64,000 bases of DNA from Anthoceros angustus. Its lineage: Eukaryota; Plantae; Anthocerotophyta. The first letter of the stretch is position 1. Each line of letters begins with the position of its first letter. The position numbers were made by a program, and so were the translations under genes. Below, in pieces: positions 1 through 11,069 of the stretch. Under the pieces are notes generated by a model. It saw only the letters and a program-made list of their open reading frames with translations, did no database searches and was not told where the DNA came from. Location of the stretch: assembly GCA_010909165.1 (NCBI GenBank), contig VJWM01000196.1, positions 345,640 to 409,639 of the forward strand, in the 5' to 3' direction.

Positions 1-136
1 AATATTATCATAATGATGCACTGGTACACTAGTATTCTCTTAGGTAGCCTTGGGTGGAAGAACCCACATGAGGAAGTCAGGAGTATCCTACAAAGGAATA
101 ACATATTTTTTTAGTAGTCGTTTATTGCTACAAGAG

Positions 137-231
137 TTTGGACCATTTCTCGATTTTGAGTGTCATCTTTGCGCAAGGGCCATGCTAATCCTCTTTGCAT
201 CGTTCCAATTTTATCAGATACCCCGAAGGAC
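137..231 (-). pseudogene. U6: U6 snRNA pseudogene
   Basis: The reverse complement reads GTCCTTCGGGGTATCTGATAAAATTGGAACGATGCAAAGAGGATTAGCATGGCCCTTGCGCAAAGATGACACTCAAAATCGAGAAATGGTCCAAA, collinear with plant U6 over its whole length. The ACAGAGA box is mutated (GCAAAGA). There is no terminal T-run and no upstream USE/TATA; it is preceded by A9. Confidence 0.88.
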
Positions 232-1137
232 TTTTTTTTTCCAATAATCGGATATTCATGCAAAGAATACACGTTTGCACTATGGATTTAACCTAGAACT
301 TTTGATGTCATAGGCCAGGATCAATCTCCAGAACTTCTGATATAGTAGGCTAGGATCTTATCCATTGATCCATGGCAAGATCAGTAGTAAGAACAACATT
401 TTTTGTGTACCACAGGTATGTTGGGACATAACGCCCCACCTCACTATAACCTTCAAGGTCTCCCTAAGAGTATGCTTCATGGGTCTATCCTAGCTCTCTG
501 TATTCAATAAAGAATTCTCCACCTATATCTTTTGCTATGCCTCCCAAATCACCCCTATTTCAAAATTTGGTCAATAAATCGAATTCATTTATCAAGTGAT
601 CCCTACGACTAATAATTTCAGTACTTTTCAATATTATTTGATGATTGATTTGTATTAAAAAGAGGCTCCTCAAAACAGTGAGAGCTTCTCAAGCCAAGAG
701 GATGAGAGCGATGATGAGGAGAGAGTGGGCACCCTGGCTGATCTCTCTCTAACATTAGAGTCCAAGTTGTGTGCAACTTCTGTTTATGTGTCAGCTCACT
801 AACAATAGCCTATATGATCAGCCCAAACACATATCACGAACAAGCTTATAATCTTCAGCGAGTTTGAAGAGGAGGTCAAACTCACATATGATCCCATAAC
901 ACCAACCTCCCAAAGATCATGTTGGTTGTCAATTATGTTGTCATCACATCTTGGTTAAGGGCTTTCCAATCACTTTCTTTTCAATTTTGGTTGTAGGCTA
1001 GGAATAATAAAGTAGTAATTTGGAAAAAGGCGGAAAAAAACTCATTAGAAGAATGAATAGCAAATCTTATGGGTTGAATATAACCTCTATGGAAAAATTA
1101 TTATCTTTTTAAAATATTTAATTTAGATATATATCTT

Positions 1138-1371
1138 TTAGTACCTAATGTAAAAGGTTGCACACTCTCCTTTTTAGTACAGTACCTAATAATTTAAAAG
1201 GTTGCACGCTCTCCTGTTTAGTACCTAATAATTGAATATGTTGCACCATCTCCTTTTTAGTACCTAGTAATTAAATAGGTTGCACACTCTCCTTTTTAGT
1301 ACCCAATAATTTAATAGGTTGCACACCCTGTTTTTTAGTACCTAATAATTTAATAGGTTACATGCTCTCTA
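1138..1371. repeat. Minisatellite, ~40-bp unit x6 (TTAGTACCTAATAATTTAATAGGTTGCACACTCTCCTTT-like)
   Basis: Six imperfect copies read directly; the last overlaps the stop codon of the lectin ORF. Confidence 0.9.
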
Positions 1372-1884
1372 GCGAAAATAATGACAACAAAAATCTTCAT
1401 TTGTCCATATGGATCTATCTTCAGAAGCTGAGCTTCCATTCACATGCTGGTATATACGTAAACGTCCATCAAATGTTAGTCGCAAAAAGAAGCTTGTCAA
1501 CTGGTAAGTAGAAATTATTTTTGGATTGATGGACCAAATCTTTTTTGGTGATAGAGGATGTAAGGTATTTGTATATAATATGACACTACCAGTTGATTCC
1601 ATACGAAGAAAAGTACTAGTGCACAAGCTGGGTTCATATTTTTCACTAGTGCTTCCAACCCAGAGTATTTGTGAACTTGAAAGATCACCAACATCTTGCC
1701 TACTTACTACCATCTCACATTTATCATTAATATACATATAATAAAGACTCTCTATAAGAAAATCAGTATTCTCTAAACCAAAAGCTCTTAAAATTTCTCC
1801 TTGTGCTAATGTATTTTTTCCAAGGACCATAAAAATTCTAGTGCTAAATATCAATAAGGTGCATATGCAAGATAGAATAGCCAT
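1369..1884 (-). CDS. Small secreted bulb-type (B-lectin/GNA-related) lectin-domain protein, 171 aa
   Basis: ATG start and hydrophobic N-terminal signal peptide, then NTLAQGEIL and three beta-prism-like repeats (YINDKCEMVV..ILW, RMESTGSVILY..IWS, RLTFDGRLRIY..IWT). Recognised by eye from family pattern; intronless and AT-rich. Confidence 0.65.
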   Translation of the reverse strand: MAILSCICTLLIFSTRIFMVLGKNTLAQGEILRAFGLENTDFLIESLYYMYINDKCEMVVSRQDVGDLSSSQILWVGSTSEKYEPSLCTSTFLRMESTGSVILYTNTLHPLSPKKIWSINPKIISTYQLTSFFLRLTFDGRLRIYQHVNGSSASEDRSIWTNEDFCCHYFR

Positions 1885-2999
1885 GGAATTATGTGGAGAA
1901 TTTTGATTCTAAATATTTAAGAAAAACCTATCAATATCCATTAGTTTAATTATATTTGGTAAACAAAGATTCCTTTTTGCAAGATGCTTGACTTGAATTA
2001 CAATAAATTCCATGTAAATGATATTCCATCCATTTGTCAAGCACTATTGCCCCTTTGAGCTCACACTAGAAAGTTCAGCTAGGTCGAGAGACAAAAAAAC
2101 CAAACCAAACGAAGCTCATTCTTTTTGGATATTAAGGATACATTGTATTATGTATTAATTATTTTTAGAATAAAAAGGATGATCGACTTATCAATTAACA
2201 TTATGTACATTTTGAATGCTTATAGGAGAAAATGAAACTTTTATTTAGAATGGAAAAATATTTTACCCGACCAAATGGATATCATTATTATTATTATTTA
2301 TAAGTGGAGGGACTCTCGCGCTTCCAAACTCACCCGGTCATCTTGTCCTCTTTCAATCCTTGTGTCATGCCAGATTAGGACTCGTGAATCTACAGAGAAT
2401 GAAAAATAGGTTAGCCACAAATGCTGCTAGACAGGGTTACAAGAGCTTGGGAGTATGAAACATGAGTGGTATGTTATCATTGCACCAAAAGAACTTCAAG
2501 TCAAGGACCCTCGAGGTGACTCATTGCTGGGATGGAGATCCCGTTCATGCTTGGTGTCTCAATTCAATTTCAATGGATCGATACTGTGATGAGGATCCTA
2601 CTCTATTTACTTATCTTGTAAAAACGGTTAAAGGTCCCTAGCATGCGATCTAGCCTTGAAGGCTAGATGGCTAGACCATCTTTTTTAGTCAATTGAGATC
2701 TATGTCTGCGAGATTTTCTTTCAGTATTCAATTGAGGACTTTGGCATAGGTACGTATGCCTGCTCTCTCAGCAAATGCCATTGGGCTCTATTTCCTAAGG
2801 GACCAAGAGCGGGCCATTTAAAAGATCAATTCTTGGATATCTCTATTTCATGCTAGTTATGGATGACTTTACCAAATTTACTAGTAAATAAATCACTAAA
2901 ACATAAGTGACAAGCATTGTCTAGTTTTGAAGAATGCAAGACATATATAGAGATCAAAGAGAACTCATGGAGGATGAGAATATAGTTTCAATAAGTTTC

Positions 3000-3700
3000 A
3001 TGTACTTTGCAAAACATCCTGCCGGCTCGGATAGACGAGTCTTATAAGTCCACAGCTTTTAACCGACTAGCGATACCGCTGGCGAAAGAAGCATGTCGTG
3101 AAAGGGAATCACAGGGAGAGTGCAAAGCAAAACAAATGGATAGACTAAGCTACACTCTTAACGGTATGAGCTGTAGGCCAAAGACAAGAAAGGAAGTGGA
3201 GGAGGCTTGACTGCATGTGAAGGCATAGATCACTTGAAGAAAGGGATGTTGAAGTTACTGACTATGTGAATGTCGTTGAGGAGGAGTGGTGGGATGATTT
3301 CTGGAAGGATCAAGAGGAGATCGCAACTATTGTCGACCATAACATCGGGCTTGTTCTGAAAAACCCGTGGACGTGGTACAATAGGGCAGCAGCAGAAGCA
3401 AATGTGCCTCCCTTGCAGGTTCCGGAGGCACACATTACCACAGCGGGACATATACATGGGAGCATATTAGAGCGTTGAACGACGTGAAGAGGAAGTGGAG
3501 AGGATGAATGGTGACATGATGGAGATTAAAAAAGGTATGTTCATAGTAATTCCTTGTGAGGGCGACACTCACAACAGGGCATTATGGGTTGCCAAGGTTG
3601 TGGATATCCACCCCTCTTATCCTGCGTTATGCGAGGTGGTCATACAATGGAACCCCTTTTCTGGAAGTGCATAGATTCAAGTTTGTGGGTGGGCAAGGAC
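3000..3700 (+). mobile_element. Degenerate, probably transposon-derived coding remnant (unclassified)
   Basis: Broken reading frames with protein-like segments (DYVNVVEEEWWDDFWKDQEE; KKGMFIVIPCEGDTHNRALWVAKVVDI..VIQW) interrupted by stops. Family not identified. Confidence 0.3.
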
Positions 3701-4009
3701 GTCACGACATACATAAATAAGCCACAATTAGTACAGCCCACGTCTTCATAAGTTCTTGCTTATCTGCACTTTGTTATGGCATGGGTCTCCATTCCCTTGA
3801 AATCATGTATTGTATCGGTGTGCAAACCATTCTTTCCCAACCGTGATCCATGGATCCTGATTTTTACATGTATTACACCCTAATTTTGGGATATTTTCTG
3901 CTGTCTATATAGATTAAAACCGATTTGATACCCACTACAAACCCCGTTTCGCCTATATTACCCTACGAAGCCGCTTGATGTATATTCAGCTGCTTCAAAT
4001 ATTATGATG

Positions 4010-6190
4010 TTAGAGGCCAAAGCCCGAGCTCGTCACCCGAACCTGCATGAACCAGACAAAGACCCATTCAAGACATAAAGGGGACCCGGCACAACCGGTA
4101 TCAATGCTCAGCTAGTGAAAGAGTTGACCGAATTGCGTGCGTCTGTGCAGCGCTTGAAGATGGATGCTGAGAAATCCGAGTCCTCAGAGCAACCCAGGAA
4201 GCCCAGAGAGCCTTGCAAGAAGTGCAGAGCGCATAAGCACACCATTGGCTATTGCATCAAGGGCCCCTGTAGCCACTGCGGCGGCAACGGCCACTTAGAG
4301 TGGCGCTGTGCCAAGGTACCACCTCGCGAACCACGGCTTTGGGATATGAGGAGGAGCCTTAGGTCTCACACCCAACAAATGCAACCGTGGGAAGGACCTC
4401 TTACCACAATTCCGGAAGAGAAGCCCCGAGATTCCCATTCCTCTGACGAAGTTGACGGCAGGAAGTCAAAGAATAAAAAACGAGAGGATATCGTGACACC
4501 CCCAGATGTGATTACGCAAGATGCAGCCAGAGTGCCTCGGAAAGGAAAGGCCAGAAAACGCAATCCAGAGGCCATGCGTGTCATAGCCGACTCAACAAAC
4601 CATCCAGTTGGCTGGCTCAGGAAGAATGAATCTCCTGCTGTTATGGCATGGGTGAACGGCTACGAAGTGAAGAACGTTATGGTGGATGGGGGCTCATCAA
4701 CAAACCTCATTAATGTGACCTATCTGGGGTCATTGGGCTTGGCATCTGCAAAGAAACTGGCATGCTCCAAGATCTTTCTCGATGCTTCTAACTCCCAGCT
4801 GCTACTGATTGGGGTCCTCGAAAACGTTAAGGTGGTGGCACATGGTATCAAGGTACGAATGGGTTTCACCGTTGTCGAGTTACCAGAAACTGCTTATGGC
4901 TTCATCTTTGGCCAGACACGGCTGGAGCTCATCCATGGCAGTCATCACTGGGACACCGGCATCTTGGAAATTGGCCCTACTAACCACAGAGTCCAGATCA
5001 AGGCATTGGATCCAGAGCCGGAGGAGGACATCACAGACAAGAGTGATGAAGAAGAAAATTTTGGAGAAGAACACTCGAGTACGAAGCCATCTTCCGAGAC
5101 TGAAGTCTATGAGATCAGCGAGTTGGAATGGGAAGTTGATCCCAGTAATGATTCACTTAGCAGCGATGTTGAAGCCATGCATGCTTTCTCTGTCCGTCTT
5201 GCCCATGACCAGCTGAAACCAAGTTTCAGAGTGAAACATCCTGCGATCCAAACCTTGGTCTTCCCTGGCGAAGGAGGTGAGGAGAAAGCCAAATTTGGGG
5301 CTCAAGTACAAGGTGAGGAGCTTAAGACATACAAAGGGTTGTTCTCAAAGTACCAGCATCTGTTCTTCATTGGACACGATGAAATGCCAGCCACCAACTT
5401 AAGGAAGTTTAGCATCGATGTACCTCCTAACACCATACTGAAAGTACAGAAGTTGAGGAGGTTGTCACCTCATCATATGGCTGAGGTGAAGGCCGAAGTG
5501 CAGAGGCTTCTTAATGCAGGGTGTATTGTGCCAGTACACAGAGTGGGTGTCCCCAATCGTGATCAGCATGAAGAAGAACGGGAAGATTCGAATGTGTGTC
5601 GATTTCAGAGCGTTGAATCGGGCTACTCGGAAGGACAAGTTTCCACGCCCTGTCACTGACAAAATCCTCGACCAGGTTGCCGGGAACGAGTGTTACTCAT
5701 TCTGTGATGGGTACTCAGGCTTTCACCAGGTAGCAATGGATGATCGGGAATCAGCCAAAAACCGCTTTCGTCACACCATGGGGTGTATTTATGTACCGGG
5801 TAATGCCGTTTGGCTTATGCAGTGCCCCAGCATGCTTTCAGGGTGTGATGTAGGAGGCATTAGGAAGCCCCATCGGCAGGATCTTGCGTCTCTTCCTCGA
5901 TGACTTTGCAGTATGGGGTCACGAAAAGAGCACCCCGCACATCTGGAGGGAGTGTTCACCAGGCTTTTCATAGCCAACATCGGCCTGAACCCGGTGAAAT
6001 CCGTGTTTGTGGTCTCAGAGGGCGAGTTGCTCGGGATTATGGTAAACAAGTGGGGCATTCATGCAGAGCCAGGGAAGGTCCACAAGTTTGTTCACAGGCC
6101 GATGCCTATAACTTGCAAGGAGTTTCGTTCTTTTGTGCAAGCTGCAAGTTATTACCGTAGGTTGATTCCCAACTTCACTGATGCCGCGGA
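4010..6190 (+). mobile_element. Ty3/gypsy (non-chromovirus, Tat/Athila-like) gag-protease-RT fragment, frameshifted and 3'-truncated
   Basis: Two CX2CX4HX4C knuckles (CKKCRAHKHTIGYC, CSHCGGNGHLEWRC); aspartic protease VMVDGGSSTN; RT motifs WVSPIV..KKNGKIRMCVDFRALN, CDGYSGFHQ, FLDD (~5893) and YYRRLIPNF. Homology ends ~6190 before RNase H. Confidence 0.9.
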
Positions 6191-6781
6191 ATGGGGATTT
6201 CTAGAAGAAACTTATACGAGGATGGCGCTACCTTCTGCAAAGCTGGGCCCATGGCAAGATAGCTTAAGAATAGCTAAGAATAGGACTCTGAGAAGCCGCC
6301 AGCAAATATTAATGAGTCCTAGGGAGATGAGCTGCTTGAGGACTATAAGAGATTCCTCAACCTCTATAACAACAGGCCTTCCAATACAGCAGGGTATGGC
6401 CCTTAGCATCCAAACTCCATTCTCTTGCACGGTTTCTTTATGCTAACGGGCAGAGCTGAGGAACGAGAAGGAGGCCCCTTTCCCCCTTCTCGATCCTCAT
6501 TACTGTTGTACCTCACCGGAGGGTGTGGCTGGAAGAAAATCGTTTTCTAACATTCTGTTGCTATGAGACTTTTGTGTTGTGCACTTGCCGTTACTGCTGA
6601 CTTGTGGTTGAGCATCTGCACAGCCTTTTTTTTTTTTTCATTGTTCGTTGAATACTGTTGTAAGACAATTATCTTCGGAAGACTGCAGCCAACCCAAACC
6701 GTCATTCCCCACGTTCAACAAGCAGCTTGAAGCCTGTCAAACTGACGGACACCGAGTCCCCGTTAACTCTATTCCGTATGT

Positions 6782-6868
6782 GTGTGCGCACCAGCTAACA
6801 TCAGTGTGCGCACCAGCTAACATCAGTGTGTGCACCAGCTAACATCAGTGTGTGCACCAGCTAACATC
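6782..6868. repeat. Tandem repeat, 22-bp unit x4 (GTGTGYGCACCAGCTAACATCA)
   Basis: Four near-perfect copies read directly, ~260 bp downstream of the GET3d stop. Confidence 0.95.
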
Positions 6869-7127
6869 GTGGCCTGCAGAGCACCCCACCTACCTCTACT
6901 GCTACCCACGTTCTAACAGATACCCACTAACTTTCCTGGTAGACTAAGCTAGCCAGATGTAAGTGAGATTACACCCTCTAATTGGAGAGAAAAGATCAGA
7001 GGCCGAAAAATACAATAAAAGAAAAAGAAAAGCACTTTAAAGACCAATGCAATCTGGCACATACGTTGCACTAAACATAAACAGTCCCACACATTCATTC
7101 CACCCAACGAGTGCCAACTACTAACTA

Positions 7128-9082
7128 CTAACGGCTTTTGATGGTAACAACAAGGGTTTTGTCAAGGAACTTGGCCCCGGCGACCTTGCCGCGAATATCA
7201 GGGGGAAGTAAAATGATGCGCCGCTGATCCCCTGCTTCCACCAGCAGTTCTGATCCTCCCCGCCACTGCACGGCCAGAAGGCAACATGTAAGAGCCTGTT
7301 TGAGTACAGAAAGCATGAGCATTCGCTTGGCACGAAGGGGAAGACCTGAGACAGCTTCACTTCGGACTTGTGAAAACCAGGCAGGAACAACGTCACTGTA
7401 CGGGAAGATTTGTCAAACACCACAGGCTGAGGAGCCCGGTTAGACTGGGCCCCTCCATCCAGCAAACTTCTTGCTTCCTTGTTGATGCCGCCCACAGCTT
7501 TTTCCCATTCAGGAAAAGCTGTGGAGATGTTTGGGAGCTCCGAGACACCCAGAGGTGCAAACTTCTCTTTGGCATCACTTGACAAAGCCAATGAGGAGTG
7601 CAATACGCCTGCTACATAAATCCCAGCTTGCATTGCACATCCCCAGTAGCGGAGAGCAGCTTCAACTGTGAGGGGATTTCGGGGGTCGATCACGAGAAAG
7701 CAAGTGAACTTGTTTGGATCCGAGTAAGCTTCCACTACTTTCTGCATTCATTGTTGACAAACACATGAGTAGCCGACGGAAATGTGAGTAGGTAATAGGC
7801 AGGATTCAGGATGCACGAAGGGAAACCCACCCCTAGAAGACGATCTGCTGCATTCCAGATTTCTGCAGTCGATCTGCTGCCTGCTGTGTCCGGAAAGAAG
7901 GCTGACTCTACCAGCCGTAGCACGGAAGGCAACGCAACTCTGCCTGCATCTGTTTTCTCAGCGACACTGCGAGCCAGCCTCAAGTAGTATCTGCAAATGT
8001 CATGAATAAGATCAGAGTCACAGAAAACCTAATGCCCAAGTCTGGCAGTCGGCAGACCTGTGCATGATGACATCGGTAAGCTCTACAAAACGCTCACCTG
8101 GCCTTGTCTGCCACACCAAACATACGGAAGATGTCCTCACTGCTAGCTCCATCGTAGACAATAATATCGTAACTGTGAGCTTCTGACTTGCCAGCTACTT
8201 TGAACAGCCCACCGGCAAATTCTGTGAGCCGTTCCAGAGCACCGAGAGCCAAATAAGGATCCATGCCTGGAATCACACTCAGCTCTTCACCAACCACCTA
8301 CAGTGCACATTCCGGTCAGATCGCACCACACGCACGCTTACAACACAACGAGCAAGAATACTACACAAACCTCATCAATAGCCCCTTGGCTGAAGTTGAG
8401 CTGGGCATCTGCTTTCTTGACTTGTGCCAGAGGCTCCAGAAGCATCTACTGACACACCACATCCCAACATATCAACCCCCATACCCTCCTGCCCAACCAA
8501 AGACACACACTCCCAAACCACACCAAGTTCAAAACCAAACCTTGGTCGCCTCCAGCCGCAGAGCCGTGAGAGACCCACCACAGAGCTGCGTGGGGGCACT
8601 CCCTAACTTGTGCCCCAGCAGCAGGTCAGCAGTGGGATCCTGCGATTGCACGACCAAGCAAGTCCGCAACCCCGTGCTGGCGTAATGCTGCACTGCACAG
8701 TCACCATCAATTCCCACAAACCATCACCTCCGCTGCAGTCGCTAAACCTGTCCACACAAAAATGCATCGCCACTACATCACTGAACCCATCCCAAAACCA
8801 TCCACTCTCCAGCCAATCCTTGAGAACCTCGCCTCCAGAACTTACATGAGCAGCCAGCAAGGCCGCGAGCGTCTTCCCCGCACCCCCCTTCCCCACAAAC
8901 GTAACAAGCTTGGTAGCCCTGGCCCCATTCCCGCCCTCCCCGCAGCGCACCACAAATGTACGGCCTCCCACTCCCCTGCCCTCTCACGCCCCGGCCGCCC
9001 GAGACACAGCGCTGCCGCTGCCGTTGCAGCTGCAGGCCATCCTCCAGGAGGCCAGGCAGGAGAAGGAGGAGGGGGACGCCAT
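7128..9082 (-). CDS. GET3d: GET3d / At1g26090-like plastid ArsA/Get3-family ATPase with C-terminal alpha-crystallin-like domain; 7 exons; in-frame TGA at 8986-8984 in the transit peptide
   Basis: Exons assembled on GT-AG junctions: ATG 9082..[22 protein letters not shown] | [27 protein letters not shown] | [25 protein letters not shown] | [23 protein letters not shown] | [17 protein letters not shown].. | [32 protein letters not shown] | [32 protein letters not shown]. Collinear with Arabidopsis At1g26090 as recalled. Confidence 0.9.
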
Positions 9083-9369
9083 TGCTGTTGCCCGCTTCAC
9101 GGCTCCGGGATTAGCAGCCGGGCGACAGCAAGCCTCTAGAGGATAGGCGATTGAAATAAGGAAAAGGAAAATGGAGGAACAATTGTATACAACAAAGAGG
9201 TATAGGTAGTGTTAACTACTCCTTCTCTTTTTCTTACATACCACTGATCACTAAAAGTCCTCTTTAGACAGCTCTTCATTAGTGACTCTAGCATTAATAG
9301 TTATCTAGTTAAGGTGAGCTTACGAGATATATAAGGGCTAGAGCAAGGACAAGAAGAATTTTATTTAAG

Positions 9370-9520
9370 TCCACTAAGGACGGATTTCCGTCATAAGACG
9401 GTACTTAACAACTTGTACTATGGTGTGCCTAAGCTACTTGCACCAAGGGCATCCTCTCCTTTTAGGCACACCATCTAAGTACCGATCTAAGCGCAAGATG
9501 CTTAATAATGACGTTCTTAT
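9370..9520. repeat. Short foldback/inverted repeat (possible MITE or CACTA-derived remnant)
   Basis: ATGGTGTGCCTAA (9420-9432) / TTAGGCACACCAT (9462-9474) is a perfect 13-bp IR, flanked by CGGTACTTA (9399-9407) / TAAGTACCG (9476-9484). A GACGG..CCGTC palindrome lies at ~9380. Confidence 0.55.
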
Positions 9521-9979
9521 AAATGTGTGTGTCCATTTGGACAATCATCATCATTCACTTCATGATGCGCTGCAAGCCTTATGTTGAAAGAGTTGTGGAG
9601 AGCATAGCTAGTGAGCTTGTCGTTGCATGAAGGGTAGTAGCCAATTGGGCGTAGATAGCCAGACTCAAGTATTTATTCTATGAATAAAGAGTAGCACCTC
9701 AAAGAGGTGGCGTGCGAGTCGTCAATTGACGCCGAGCTACTTGGAGCCTAGTGCGGTGTCGTGAGTTTGAGAGCTCTAAGAGTTGTGCATGAAGTGAATT
9801 GGCGAGGTCCTAGACTGCTAGAAAGCCAGCATTTGTCACTTCTTTACTGACTGTTTAGTGTAGATGAGTAGCCCGACAAGAAGTCACCACCTAAAGATAC
9901 GGCAGGGCTATCTAGAGATAAATCAGAGGATTGGAAGAAGCAGAAGGTGGAAGCCCTTTATCAAGTTCTCCCATAAGTC

Positions 9980-11060
9980 TTAAAAGATTTGAGGAATTCT
10001 AAGATCATTACCCCCAAGTTGTCTCATGTAGATTTCTTCTTGAAGACGTCCATACAAATAAGATGTCTTCACATCCATCATATGAAGATGAAAATCATGT
10101 TGAGCGGTTAAGGCAAAGACCATTCTAAGGGAGGCAAACTTAGCTACTAGAGCACATGTGGCATAGGGTAAATAATCTAAACCTGGAATTTGAGTAAACC
10201 CTTTGGCCACCAGGCGCGCTTTGTAGCGCTCAATAGAACCATGCCCCTTTCGTTTGATCCTGACTACCCACTTACTTGTCACATTCTTCCTACCCTTATG
10301 AGGTCTGATTAATTCCCATTTTGAATTTTTAACTAAGAAATTGTACTCAAAATCTTCAACTACTTTCCACAGGTCCTTTTCGGGTGAGGTGAAAATTTGT
10401 TTCAGAGTAAGGGGCTCTTCAAGCTTAACTATGGCTTTATATACAACTTGAAGATAAGGTGACTCAGAGGGAATGTGATCATCTAAAGCAGCACGGTATC
10501 CTAATGGAGGTTGTCTCTATCTTGCAGGCCTGAAATAGTAGATCATGTTCGCAGGTTGTACCTTGAAGCAGGTTGTGCATCTTCTACAGCTTCCACATCT
10601 GGGGTTGATTCCTGAGTAGGTGAATCAGGTTCTTCATCATATTGAGGAAGATCAGGTTCACCGGAAAACAACTCATCGGGGTCATCCGGTATGTCCTCAA
10701 GATGTTGAGGTTCTTATGTGTCCGACGCAGCTTTGTCTGACACAGAAGAATGGGTGCTAACTCCTCCTCCTCCTGCAGAATAGGTTCAACCAAAGGAGCA
10801 CATGAAGCAAGGACGGGGAAGCAGGGACGGGGACAGCAAATTTATGTGATGTAAACTTTCCACCGTTGTCGGAATGTAAGGTCTTGAGTTTTTTACCTGT
10901 TAATCTCTGTGCCCAAGCCATGTAATCCTTGAAAAAATGATAAGCATTACTCTTGTGTTAGAGGATATAAGTGAGAACGAAGCGAGAGAAGTCGTTTGTG
11001 AAGGTCAAAAAGTATCTACTACCACTGTACGGATATGCATGGTAGGACATCACCCCTAGC
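9980..11060 (-). mobile_element. Ty1/copia remnant (integrase core and RT start, internally deleted)
   Basis: Integrase SGSRYFLTFTNDFSRF..GKKLKTLHSDNGG (~10850-11050); RT SKWVVRIKR..IERYKARLVAKGFTQIPGLDY..MDVKTSYLYGRLQEEIYM (9980-10282). Confidence 0.9.
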
Positions 11061-11069
11061 CTTCAAGAG

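Noticed and set aside
640-960. Minus-strand frame HDLWEVGVMGSYVSLTSSSNSLKII as a second lectin remnant
   Set aside because: Too short and stop-ridden; the similarity is only impressionistic.
6212-6430. 72-aa minus ORF as an extra GET3d exon
   Set aside because: GET3d already ends at 7128 with the expected C-terminus; no recognisable motif.
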